A stretch of DNA of 64,000 bases from Patescibacteria group bacterium (lineage in GTDB: Bacteria > Patescibacteriota > Patescibacteriia > Veblenbacterales > UBA10138): contig JBAZQK010000004.1 in NCBI GenBank assembly GCA_041645215.1, positions 2,475-66,474 on the forward strand, given 5' to 3'. A program made the position numbers and the translations under genes. Shown one piece after another: positions 56,711 through 64,000 of this stretch. Below the pieces are notes generated by a model. That model did no database searches. It was not told the DNA's origin and worked only from the letters and a program-made list of their open reading frames with translations. Each line of letters starts with the position of its first letter. The first letter of the stretch is position 1.

Positions 56711-57538
56711 TTGTCAATGGAGTCCACCGAAAAAAGATTTTTACGGACATTAGGAATAGCGATGGGAATTCTCTTTTTAGGTGGTCTAATCATTTTCATA
56801 GACACTCTAACACCGCCGCTTCCAACTCCTCAAACCGTTATTAAGGAAGCTCCGCAAGAAATTCCAAAAAGCGACAATGCGGACTACTCAACCATAGTTG
56901 CCGAGTGGCAAAACAGAGTGGTTCGAGTTACCTGCTATTGGAGTAGCTCTAACGAACAACCGCTAACATTAGTGGGAGGGTCTGCCCTCTTGACCACCAT
57001 TGCCGACTATGGCTTTGTGGCCGTGACAAACAAACACGTCATAACCGATTCTTATGGTAGGACGGCAGACAGTTGCGGTTTACTCTTAGTGGGGTTCGGG
57101 GATATTAGTTCTATGGAGACTAATCCGCTTAAATTTCTTTACGGCGATCCCTTTTTGGTTGATTCGAATAGTAGAGATGTGGCGTATATAAAACTTGGTC
57201 GCGCGAATATTTTGCGTGACAAAAACGGATTGTTCGCTGCAGCCGCCAAAGCGGCGTTAAATCTATGCTCTGTATCGAGAGTTCGTATTGGTGATGAATT
57301 AATTGTTTTGGGTTATCCAACTATCGGAAGTCAAAATGGAATCACCGTTACAAAGGGGATTATTGCGGGAATTGAGAATGACTATTACGTGACGGATGCG
57401 AAAATTGATCATGGTAACTCCGGTGGTGCGGCCATTCTTATTAAAGATGATTGCTATATTGGGATACCGACATGGGCGAGTACCGGTAGCGTTGAATCGC
57501 TTGGAAGAATATTAAAAACCGATTTTTATTACCCATAA
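56711..57538 (+). CDS. trypsin-like serine peptidase, membrane-anchored
   Basis: N-terminal TM. His in VAVTNKHVITDS, Asp in DVAYIKL, Ser in GNSGGAAIL. Confidence 0.65.
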   Translation: MSMESTEKRFLRTLGIAMGILFLGGLIIFIDTLTPPLPTPQTVIKEAPQEIPKSDNADYSTIVAEWQNRVVRVTCYWSSSNEQPLTLVGGSALLTTIADYGFVAVTNKHVITDSYGRTADSCGLLLVGFGDISSMETNPLKFLYGDPFLVDSNSRDVAYIKLGRANILRDKNGLFAAAAKAALNLCSVSRVRIGDELIVLGYPTIGSQNGITVTKGIIAGIENDYYVTDAKIDHGNSGGAAILIKDDCYIGIPTWASTGSVESLGRILKTDFYYP

Positions 57539-57568
57539 AACAATACAATTTTGCGCTTCTTTATTTTT

Positions 57569-57641
57569 GCCCTCGTAGCTCAATGGACAGAGCAAGACGC
57601 TTCTATCGTCAAGGTTGGGGGTTCGATTCCCTCCGAGGGCG
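57569..57641 (+). tRNA. tRNA-Arg (anticodon TCT)
   Basis: Acceptor GCCCTCG/CGAGGGC, D-arm GCTC-AATGGACA-GAGC, anticodon loop CTTCTAT, T-arm GGGGG-TTCGATT-CCCTC. No encoded CCA. Confidence 0.85.
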
Positions 57642-57892
57642 CAAATCTTGACTTTCGTATCTCTAATGTTGTATAACTCTTTTAAGTTTCATTACCCTCG
57701 CTTCTCCTGCACAAAGGATGTCGCGGGCGGGACGGCTTGGGGAAATACAAAAGCCGGTCCCGACCTTCAAACAATCTTTCCCCGATTGATTGAGGACGGA
57801 ATGGACACGATTTAATAAGTTAGGGCACACGGCAAAAGGGCGAGCAATCGCCCTTTTGTCTTTATGAAAGCTACGGAAAACAACTTTATTCT

Positions 57893-59182
57893 TTGGACGA
57901 ACATCATTTGGACGAAATAGAATCGCTCGGCGAAACTACTTTTAGAGAACAGCGTCGTGCGTTCGGAATAAGACCCAAAGACCGACGCCATCATGTTTAT
58001 ATCATCGGCAAGACCGGCACGGGCAAATCCACTCTTATCAAAAACATGGTCATTCAAGACCTGCGTCTGAATCACGGCGTCGCTCTTATTGATCCTCACG
58101 GCGACTTGGTGGAGGACATATTAAACTTCATACCGAAAACGCGGACAAACGAAGTTGTCTATTTCAATCCTGCGGACACCGAGCACCCTGTCGCTATCAA
58201 CATACTTGAAGCGAAGGGCGACGAGGAAAAACAACTCGTCGCCTCATCGCTTATTTCCGTTTTCCGTCATTTGTGGAAAGAGTTTTGGGGTCCCCGTCTT
58301 GAACACATTTTATACAACTGCGTCTTGGCTTTGATGGACACGCCCGGGCAAACTTTGCTCGGCGTGTATCGCATGCTCGTGGATGACGAGTTCAGAAAAC
58401 TCATCGTCGGCAACATCAAAGACCCGATTGTAAAAATGTTTTGGGTCGAGGATTATGAAAGTTACGACACCCGTTTTCGCAAGGAAATAATCTCGCCCGT
58501 TCAAAACAAAGTGGGACAACTTCTCACATCTCCGCAAATGCGAAACATCGTCGGCCAAGCCAAAAGCTCGGTGGACTTCGGTTTTGTGATGGACCAAAAG
58601 CGGATTCTTTTGGCCAATCTTTCCAAGGGGAAAGTTGGCGAAGATAAATCAAACCTGCTCGGTTCGGCCATCGTTACTAAAATGTATCTCTCCGCTTTGG
58701 AGCGGCAGAACTTGCCGGAGGAGCACCGCAAGGACTTCTATCTCTACATAGACGAATTTCAGAATTTTTCCACCGACATTTTCCCGTCTATCCTCTCCGA
58801 AGCTCGTAAATACCGCTTGAACCTCAACCTCGCCCATCAATACCTCTACCAACTGCCCGAAGGCATCAAGCACGCCGTTTTCGGAAACGTCGGGACTGTC
58901 ATTTCCTTCCGCGTCGGGAGCTACGACGCCAAAGAACTGGCGGAAGAAATGAAGCCCGTATTTACGAGCGAGGACTTGGAGAACTTGGACAATCATCATA
59001 TCGCCTTGCGGCTCTTGATAGACGGAAAAATGTCTCACGCTTTCTCCGCCGTTACCTTTCCGCCCCTGAAACCCACCGGACGGGAAGCGGAACGGGACAC
59101 GGTTTTACGAATATCGCGGGAACGCTACGCTACTCCGCGCGATATTGTAGAAGAAAAATTAAAAAATTGGTTTGAAAAATAA
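57893..59182 (+). CDS. VirD4/TraG/TraD-like coupling-protein ATPase (AAA_10-like), second paralog
   Basis: Walker A GKTGTGKSTL, DPHGD, Walker B YLYIDEFQNF, ARKYRL. Confidence 0.65.
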   Translation: MDEHHLDEIESLGETTFREQRRAFGIRPKDRRHHVYIIGKTGTGKSTLIKNMVIQDLRLNHGVALIDPHGDLVEDILNFIPKTRTNEVVYFNPADTEHPVAINILEAKGDEEKQLVASSLISVFRHLWKEFWGPRLEHILYNCVLALMDTPGQTLLGVYRMLVDDEFRKLIVGNIKDPIVKMFWVEDYESYDTRFRKEIISPVQNKVGQLLTSPQMRNIVGQAKSSVDFGFVMDQKRILLANLSKGKVGEDKSNLLGSAIVTKMYLSALERQNLPEEHRKDFYLYIDEFQNFSTDIFPSILSEARKYRLNLNLAHQYLYQLPEGIKHAVFGNVGTVISFRVGSYDAKELAEEMKPVFTSEDLENLDNHHIALRLLIDGKMSHAFSAVTFPPLKPTGREAERDTVLRISRERYATPRDIVEEKLKNWFEK

Positions 59183-59240
59183 AACGCTCTCGGCCACGCG
59201 GCCTTGAGCGTTTGTTATTTTATTTTTCAATCACGATTTA

Positions 59241-59549
59241 TCACCCCCCCCACGACGAGCAAAAAGAAATAGCGGGACGGAAGGAGAAGGCCGAGCCACC
59301 AGACGCGACCCCGCGACTTGCGGAGCGACGAGCGAAGCGAGGAGCGGAGCAACCCTTTCCGTAGTGAAGTCGGACTTTGATTTTGCGAGGAGTGAGGGGA
59401 AAGAAGCGAGTGTTTAAGCGTGATATTGCGAAATCTGCCCCTTCAAGCCGCGACCGAGCGAATGAAGGGGTGCATGAAGGGGTAAATCGCTGGTCAGGGT
59501 CAGGATTTTTTGCTAAAGTAAGTCCAACCGGTGTTGTAAATAGCCACCA
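59241..59549. repeat. 309-bp terminal inverted repeat, right copy
   Basis: Exact reverse complement of 51182..51490. Confidence 0.9.
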
Positions 59550-59699
59550 AGATACAACTCAATTCATTTTCAGAAATTTTTTGATGGGCTTCCTCAATGG
59601 AAGCCCATTGTTTTTCCGCAACGCCGCGCGCTTCGCGCGCGTGAAGTGTCAGGTTCAATCCGAAGATTTTTTGAGCGAACGATTTTTTGAGGGGTAAGG

Positions 59700-61448
59700 T
59701 TAAATATTATCGTGAATTTTTATAAGCAGTTGTACTAAATCCTTAATCTTGAATTTTTTGAGCTCGCTCTTGTCAGCAAGATACTCAAAAACATAGTGCG
59801 CTTTTGTATTCGCCTCCTTCCTGAATAAACCCACTTCTCTATTAAACTTATCTATATAGTTTTCAATGTTAGGTTTGCCGAAATTTTTTCTCTCGCCGTA
59901 AAGATTCTTTATAAGAACACCGAATTTGTGTCTCACCTTATTTTTTGTGTCGTACCACAAATCAACACGCCTAGGGAATTTCTTTTCCAGAATATTAAAC
60001 ACCAAATTTTCTATCATCTTCCTGCAAAGAAAAAACGCCGCGTTGGGGTGATTATGTTCATAACAAACATTAATTTCCTCTTGAAGTTGGTCATAAAAAT
60101 TCTCCGGGTACTTACCGCCAATCTCAACCAAGACCTCTGGCGGCGTTGGAACTTTTGTGGGCGTTGGAACTGGCAATGGGCCCTTGCGTTCTTTTGCAGT
60201 TTTCTTTTTCCTTGCTTTGATTTTATGCGATTCAAGCTCACTTCGCAGGTCGGTGAATATCCCGAATATGGAAGCCTGAACGAACGCAATCAAGTCTTGA
60301 AACTCCTCCGTAAATACAACGCCCTCCCTCGTAGTTGTATCAATAATTGCGGAATTTTTTGACCTGCTTATGTGAACCATTCCGATCAGTTGATCGCGTC
60401 TGGGATATATGCTGTTGTTATGTGCAGAGATATCCAGGTTAAGCCAGTCATTTCCAATATCCCCATAAGGTTTTACCCGAAAATTATCCCGATAGAGTTT
60501 GATTCCATTGTAGTGCTCCAGCAACTTTACAATCTCCTTGAGCTCGGCGGTTACCATCTTTTTCCCGACTGCCTGCTCAAAAGATTTCGGCGACTTGTAG
60601 AAGAAGTGCAGTTCAAAAACAGCATCTCCGCATTTAAGTTTTCTGTCCGTTGGCCGGTTGCCGTCTCTCTTTTTTCCTTTTGCCGAAGAAAATTCGTAAC
60701 GGATCAGGCTTCCGCCTACCAATTTGGTTTTCAAAGTATAAACAGCTTTATCAAGAAATTCTTTCTTGATTTTGGGGACTACGGCTAGCGGCGGGTCAAA
60801 TTTTGCGGCTACCTTAAAATCTCTTGCTTGTTTATTCAACGGGTTGAGCAGATATACATCTGACAATAGCTCTGTCTGTGTTTCTTGAATGTTCCAGTCG
60901 TGGTTTAGATTCTTGATTTCAATCCTTATGCCGTGTTCAGATTTTTTCTTCTTGAATTCGGATGTTGGATTATCAATATCGTTTACAAGAACTTTTTCGT
61001 CCTGATATTTATCCCAATCAAAGACAATTTTATATCCCGTATCCTTTCCTTTGGGCAAAGAAAACAAAGTCGCTGTTCTGCCCAAGCTTTCTACAGACAA
61101 TCTTCCAATACCTTTCTCGCCGATAAAAGTTCTCTCCCCGTTTTTTAGTTTCTTTGATTTAAATGGGGTGGCTATCCGCATCCATTTACTTTTAAGGTCC
61201 AGATAATCCATCCCGTTGCCATTATCTGATATAGAAATCATTGCGTCCTTCGTATTAACGGAGCTAAAATCAACCTCTACTTTAGCCGCACCAGCATCAT
61301 AGGAATTTTTAAGGAGTTCTAGTATAGCGACGTCCTTATTGGAAATGGACTCACGCCCGAATTTTCTTATCAGGTTGCCGCTAACGTCAAAGCGGAGCGG
61401 TTCAACGCTTTTCTCCTGAAAATTTTTGTGATCTTTCGGATTGTGCAT
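59700..61448 (-). CDS. GHKL-superfamily ATPase (MORC/MutL-like, HATPase_c_3-type)
   Basis: N-box ILELLKNSYDAGA, G1 box ISDNGNGMD, G2 GEKGIGRLS. 582 aa. Last gene of a three-gene minus-strand operon. Confidence 0.75.
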   Translation of the reverse strand: MHNPKDHKNFQEKSVEPLRFDVSGNLIRKFGRESISNKDVAILELLKNSYDAGAAKVEVDFSSVNTKDAMISISDNGNGMDYLDLKSKWMRIATPFKSKKLKNGERTFIGEKGIGRLSVESLGRTATLFSLPKGKDTGYKIVFDWDKYQDEKVLVNDIDNPTSEFKKKKSEHGIRIEIKNLNHDWNIQETQTELLSDVYLLNPLNKQARDFKVAAKFDPPLAVVPKIKKEFLDKAVYTLKTKLVGGSLIRYEFSSAKGKKRDGNRPTDRKLKCGDAVFELHFFYKSPKSFEQAVGKKMVTAELKEIVKLLEHYNGIKLYRDNFRVKPYGDIGNDWLNLDISAHNNSIYPRRDQLIGMVHISRSKNSAIIDTTTREGVVFTEEFQDLIAFVQASIFGIFTDLRSELESHKIKARKKKTAKERKGPLPVPTPTKVPTPPEVLVEIGGKYPENFYDQLQEEINVCYEHNHPNAAFFLCRKMIENLVFNILEKKFPRRVDLWYDTKNKVRHKFGVLIKNLYGERKNFGKPNIENYIDKFNREVGLFRKEANTKAHYVFEYLADKSELKKFKIKDLVQLLIKIHDNI

Positions 61449-61457
61449 GTTTTTGTC

Positions 61458-62714
61458 TTAAATACTACGCAGAATAGTGGAAGCGATTATTTCAGCAAAT
61501 ATCGGAGGTACAGCATTGCCGATTTGTTTGAACTGTGGTCCGCGCTCGCCCTCAAACTTATAATCATCAGGGAATGTTTGCAGGCGCGCCGCCTCTCTTA
61601 CGGTCAGAGAACGGTTTTGTTTTATGTCAGGATGAATATAAAAATGTCCATCTTTCGCGATGTGCGCAACGATGGTGTGTAAACCTTTAGCAACAGCATC
61701 AACCACCTTGAACCGGTCCAGAAAACCATCCTCGTTGCTATGTGTTTTCAGGCGTTCTGGCAGGTGATTATACTTTATGTTTTCACCTTTCCGTTTTGCA
61801 AGCACCGCACGTCTGTAAATTTCCAAGTCTTGGCTGTTATTCGGCCTGGCCACGTGATCCATAAGGATTCCAAACTTCGGATTGAGGATACCGAGTTTCT
61901 CCAAAAGCATGTTCCGTTTTGAAAATTTCCAGACCCGTTTGCCTGTTCCTGCTTGGACTTCCGGCAGACCGGCAAAAAAATCTTTAACGACATACTCGCG
62001 TTCAGTTGCCGGAAAATCCGGATAACCATTGATTTTTGATGTTTTATTCCAACCAACAAGAATGACCCGTTTTCTGTTCTGTGGAACGCCGAAATCCACG
62101 GCATTAAGAATTTTATAATCTGTATCATAACCAGCGTGCTTCATAAGACGGCGCATATCCCGAAGATATTTACCTTTTCCTGCTGTTTCAAGCCCAGGGA
62201 CATTTTCAAAAACAAACACCTTGGGTTTTAGAGCTTTCAGGAATTCTACATAATATCGGTAAAGAAAATTACGCTCATCCCGGCGCATATTTTTGCCGTC
62301 GCGGGCACGCCCTATGTACGAATAAGCCTGACAAGGCGGGCCGCCGACGATAATGTCTATCCTTTTCCCGTTCAAACGTTTCTTGATTTGCTGAATAAGT
62401 TCCGTTATGTTGTTTTTTTCTATTTTCGCGCATATCACAGAATCCTTTTCTTTTTGAAGTCCGTATTTTTCTATCAGCGAATCACGGGTGATTCTGCCGA
62501 ACACATAGTTTCTGTAATCGTCCAGCTTGTCTTTTTTAAGAAGTGCGTGATATACCATTCGCGTTATCAGAGTGCTGCAGGCTTTTTTGTCCATTTCTAC
62601 ATGGGCAACCATCTCACATCCGGCCTGCATAAAACCCTCCGATAGTCCGCCAGCTCCGGAGAAAAGGTCAATCGCGGTAAAAGTTTTATTTTTTCGTTGT
62701 TTTGGCTTTTTCAT
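61458..62714 (-). CDS. DNA (cytosine-5)-methyltransferase
   Basis: Motif I AIDLFSGAGGLSEGF, motif IV GGPPCQAYS, motif VI ENV. The target recognition domain and motifs IX-X are plausible but not examined in detail. Confidence 0.9.
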   Translation of the reverse strand: MKKPKQRKNKTFTAIDLFSGAGGLSEGFMQAGCEMVAHVEMDKKACSTLITRMVYHALLKKDKLDDYRNYVFGRITRDSLIEKYGLQKEKDSVICAKIEKNNITELIQQIKKRLNGKRIDIIVGGPPCQAYSYIGRARDGKNMRRDERNFLYRYYVEFLKALKPKVFVFENVPGLETAGKGKYLRDMRRLMKHAGYDTDYKILNAVDFGVPQNRKRVILVGWNKTSKINGYPDFPATEREYVVKDFFAGLPEVQAGTGKRVWKFSKRNMLLEKLGILNPKFGILMDHVARPNNSQDLEIYRRAVLAKRKGENIKYNHLPERLKTHSNEDGFLDRFKVVDAVAKGLHTIVAHIAKDGHFYIHPDIKQNRSLTVREAARLQTFPDDYKFEGERGPQFKQIGNAVPPIFAEIIASTILRSI

Positions 62715-62717
62715 ATA

Positions 62718-64000
62718 TCAATGAGAAAATATTCTCTCAAAATCATTTGTCCAATACTGCCTATATTCTTCCTTAATTTCTTTGCCCGGCTGTCGTTCGT
62801 TAAAGTAAAACATCTCGGCTTTTTCAAGTTTTTTATTCCTCATTTTATTAAAATCATTAAGAAAATCAAGGAAACCATCAATTTTTTCAGCAGAATTTTC
62901 AGTGTGTTCAATTCCGTGGGGGTCAATAAATTTCAAGTAATATTTATTGTCTTTCTTGAACCAAAAAATAAAATCTGGGAAAAACATTCTGTATTCACTT
63001 TTTTCTGAATCAAAATAAGGAATACCGATTTTATCAATAGTTTCGTCAATTTTTGAAAAATACCACCACTTACATTGTTTTAATTTATTATCTGCTTTAT
63101 TTAAATATTCTTTCAGTTTTTCTAAAAATTCAATTTCGCTCCCAACTTTAATAATGTGCTGGAAACGATCCGAATCCTTTTTAAATAAAATCGGGGAATA
63201 GTAATGTTCCTCTAAAATTTCAAAATCTAAGTAATTTTTCAATACTTCAAGATTCTTGCTATCGGCGATATCTTTAATCAGTTTTTTATATTCATCTCTT
63301 CCGATTTTTCCGTCATCAAACATCTTGTCAATTTCTTTCTCTGTTTTTCTCGGTTTGATAATTTTCAAAATATCTTTTTCCAGTTTCGCCACCTCGGTTT
63401 TATCTATGTTTGTTTTTACCTCTTTATAGTGAGAAATTTCGCCATCCAAAATTTTTATTGCGTTCAGTTTTTTTATGTTTTCATTAAAATAATTGTCCGC
63501 GATAAACAATATATTTTCTATTGATTTTTTCCTTCGCCTTTCGCCAATCTTAAAATTATTTTTGGCGTTTACCATTTTATATGTTCTTAATTTAGCCCAA
63601 TTTTTCAAAAGAAGTACTTTCGCGCCATTTCTTTGAACAATCTGTGAAAGTTCGTCAAATTCATTTTTGCCAATCCAAAAAGGCTTATCGTTTAATCCGC
63701 CATCCTCAAAGACCGGAATAAAAATCGGCAAATCACTTTCTTTGATTTCCTCGTTTTTCTTTATTCCCTCAATTTTAATCCATTCGGCGTTAGCTTGTTT
63801 CTCAAGCCCTTCTAAAATATTTTTCACAACTTCTTTATTCGTGGCGAAAACAAACAAGCTCTCCAAAAGATTATTGCTTTTTTCTATCTTTTCAATTTCG
63901 GAGTTTGAAAAAAGCGAATTGTCCAAATGCTCAAACCTTTTTCTTTGATTTGATGTCGGCTCAATTCTTATTCCTCGTCCGATTGACTGCAAAACAAATT
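62718..64000 (-). CDS. C-terminal part of an SF2-helicase-containing protein with putative nuclease-like C-domain (gene continues beyond window end)
   Basis: Begins in-window with helicase motif VI QSIGRGIRI. About 400 aa follow, ending FPDFIFWFKKDNKYYLKFIDPHG (possible PD-(D/E)xK-like). The upstream helicase motifs lie outside the window. Confidence 0.55.
   Translation of the reverse strand, partial: FVLQSIGRGIRIEPTSNQRKRFEHLDNSLFSNSEIEKIEKSNNLLESLFVFATNKEVVKNILEGLEKQANAEWIKIEGIKKNEEIKESDLPIFIPVFEDGGLNDKPFWIGKNEFDELSQIVQRNGAKVLLLKNWAKLRTYKMVNAKNNFKIGERRRKKSIENILFIADNYFNENIKKLNAIKILDGEISHYKEVKTNIDKTEVAKLEKDILKIIKPRKTEKEIDKMFDDGKIGRDEYKKLIKDIADSKNLEVLKNYLDFEILEEHYYSPILFKKDSDRFQHIIKVGSEIEFLEKLKEYLNKADNKLKQCKWWYFSKIDETIDKIGIPYFDSEKSEYRMFFPDFIFWFKKDNKYYLKFIDPHGIEHTENSAEKIDGFLDFLNDFNKMRNKKLEKAEMFYFNERQPGKEIKEEYRQYWTNDFERIFSH

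Noticed and set aside
57615-57815. 66-aa ORF overlapping tRNA-Arg
   Set aside because: Its N-terminus is translated from the tRNA sequence itself. No coding signal.

Overview
AT-rich (~40% GC) bacterial chromosomal window with compact genes and many hypothetical membrane or secreted proteins. It has no rRNA and no CRISPR. A taxonomic guess, inferred from composition and gene content only, is a Patescibacteria/CPR-like organism. Housekeeping genes include a DEAD-box helicase, an ABC-F ATPase, cspA-like, dnaG-rpoD, tsaD/tsaE, HtrA, a ZIP transporter, a CDP-alcohol phosphatidyltransferase and an OtsA-GT4 pair. These are interleaved with an unusually dense set of mobile and repeat structures. (1) An island at the 3' end of tRNA-Asn encodes a large serine recombinase and a GmrSD-like (EVE-DUF262-DUF1524) type IV restriction protein with an XRE regulator. 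It is organised by three copies of a 9-bp core (the tRNA 3' end) and two pairs of 100% identical inverted repeats of 155 bp and 126 bp. (2) Two independent modules each consist of a small GIY-YIG nuclease gene immediately 5' of a complete tRNA (Asn, Ser), and each carries a distal duplicate of the tRNA 5' segment. (3) An ~8.4-kb segment is bounded by 309-bp perfect terminal inverted repeats. It carries a replication-relaxation protein, two VirD4/TraG-like ATPases, a cell-wall amidase, an ArdC-N-like protein, a protease and tRNA-Arg. It sits next to tandem tRNA-3'-half-like remnants ending in ACCA. (4) An RM-like operon encodes a MORC-like GHKL ATPase, a C5-cytosine methyltransferase and an SF2-helicase protein. 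(5) There are at least two MITE-like families (TIR CCCCGTTAGAA, 4 copies; a 165-bp element with 14-bp TIRs flanking the ABC-F gene), and both show compensatory base changes. There are also several remnant gene fragments (13468..14520 N-terminus, tsaE 3' end, rpoD 3' end). All calls are made from sequence and motif reading alone. No database searches were run.
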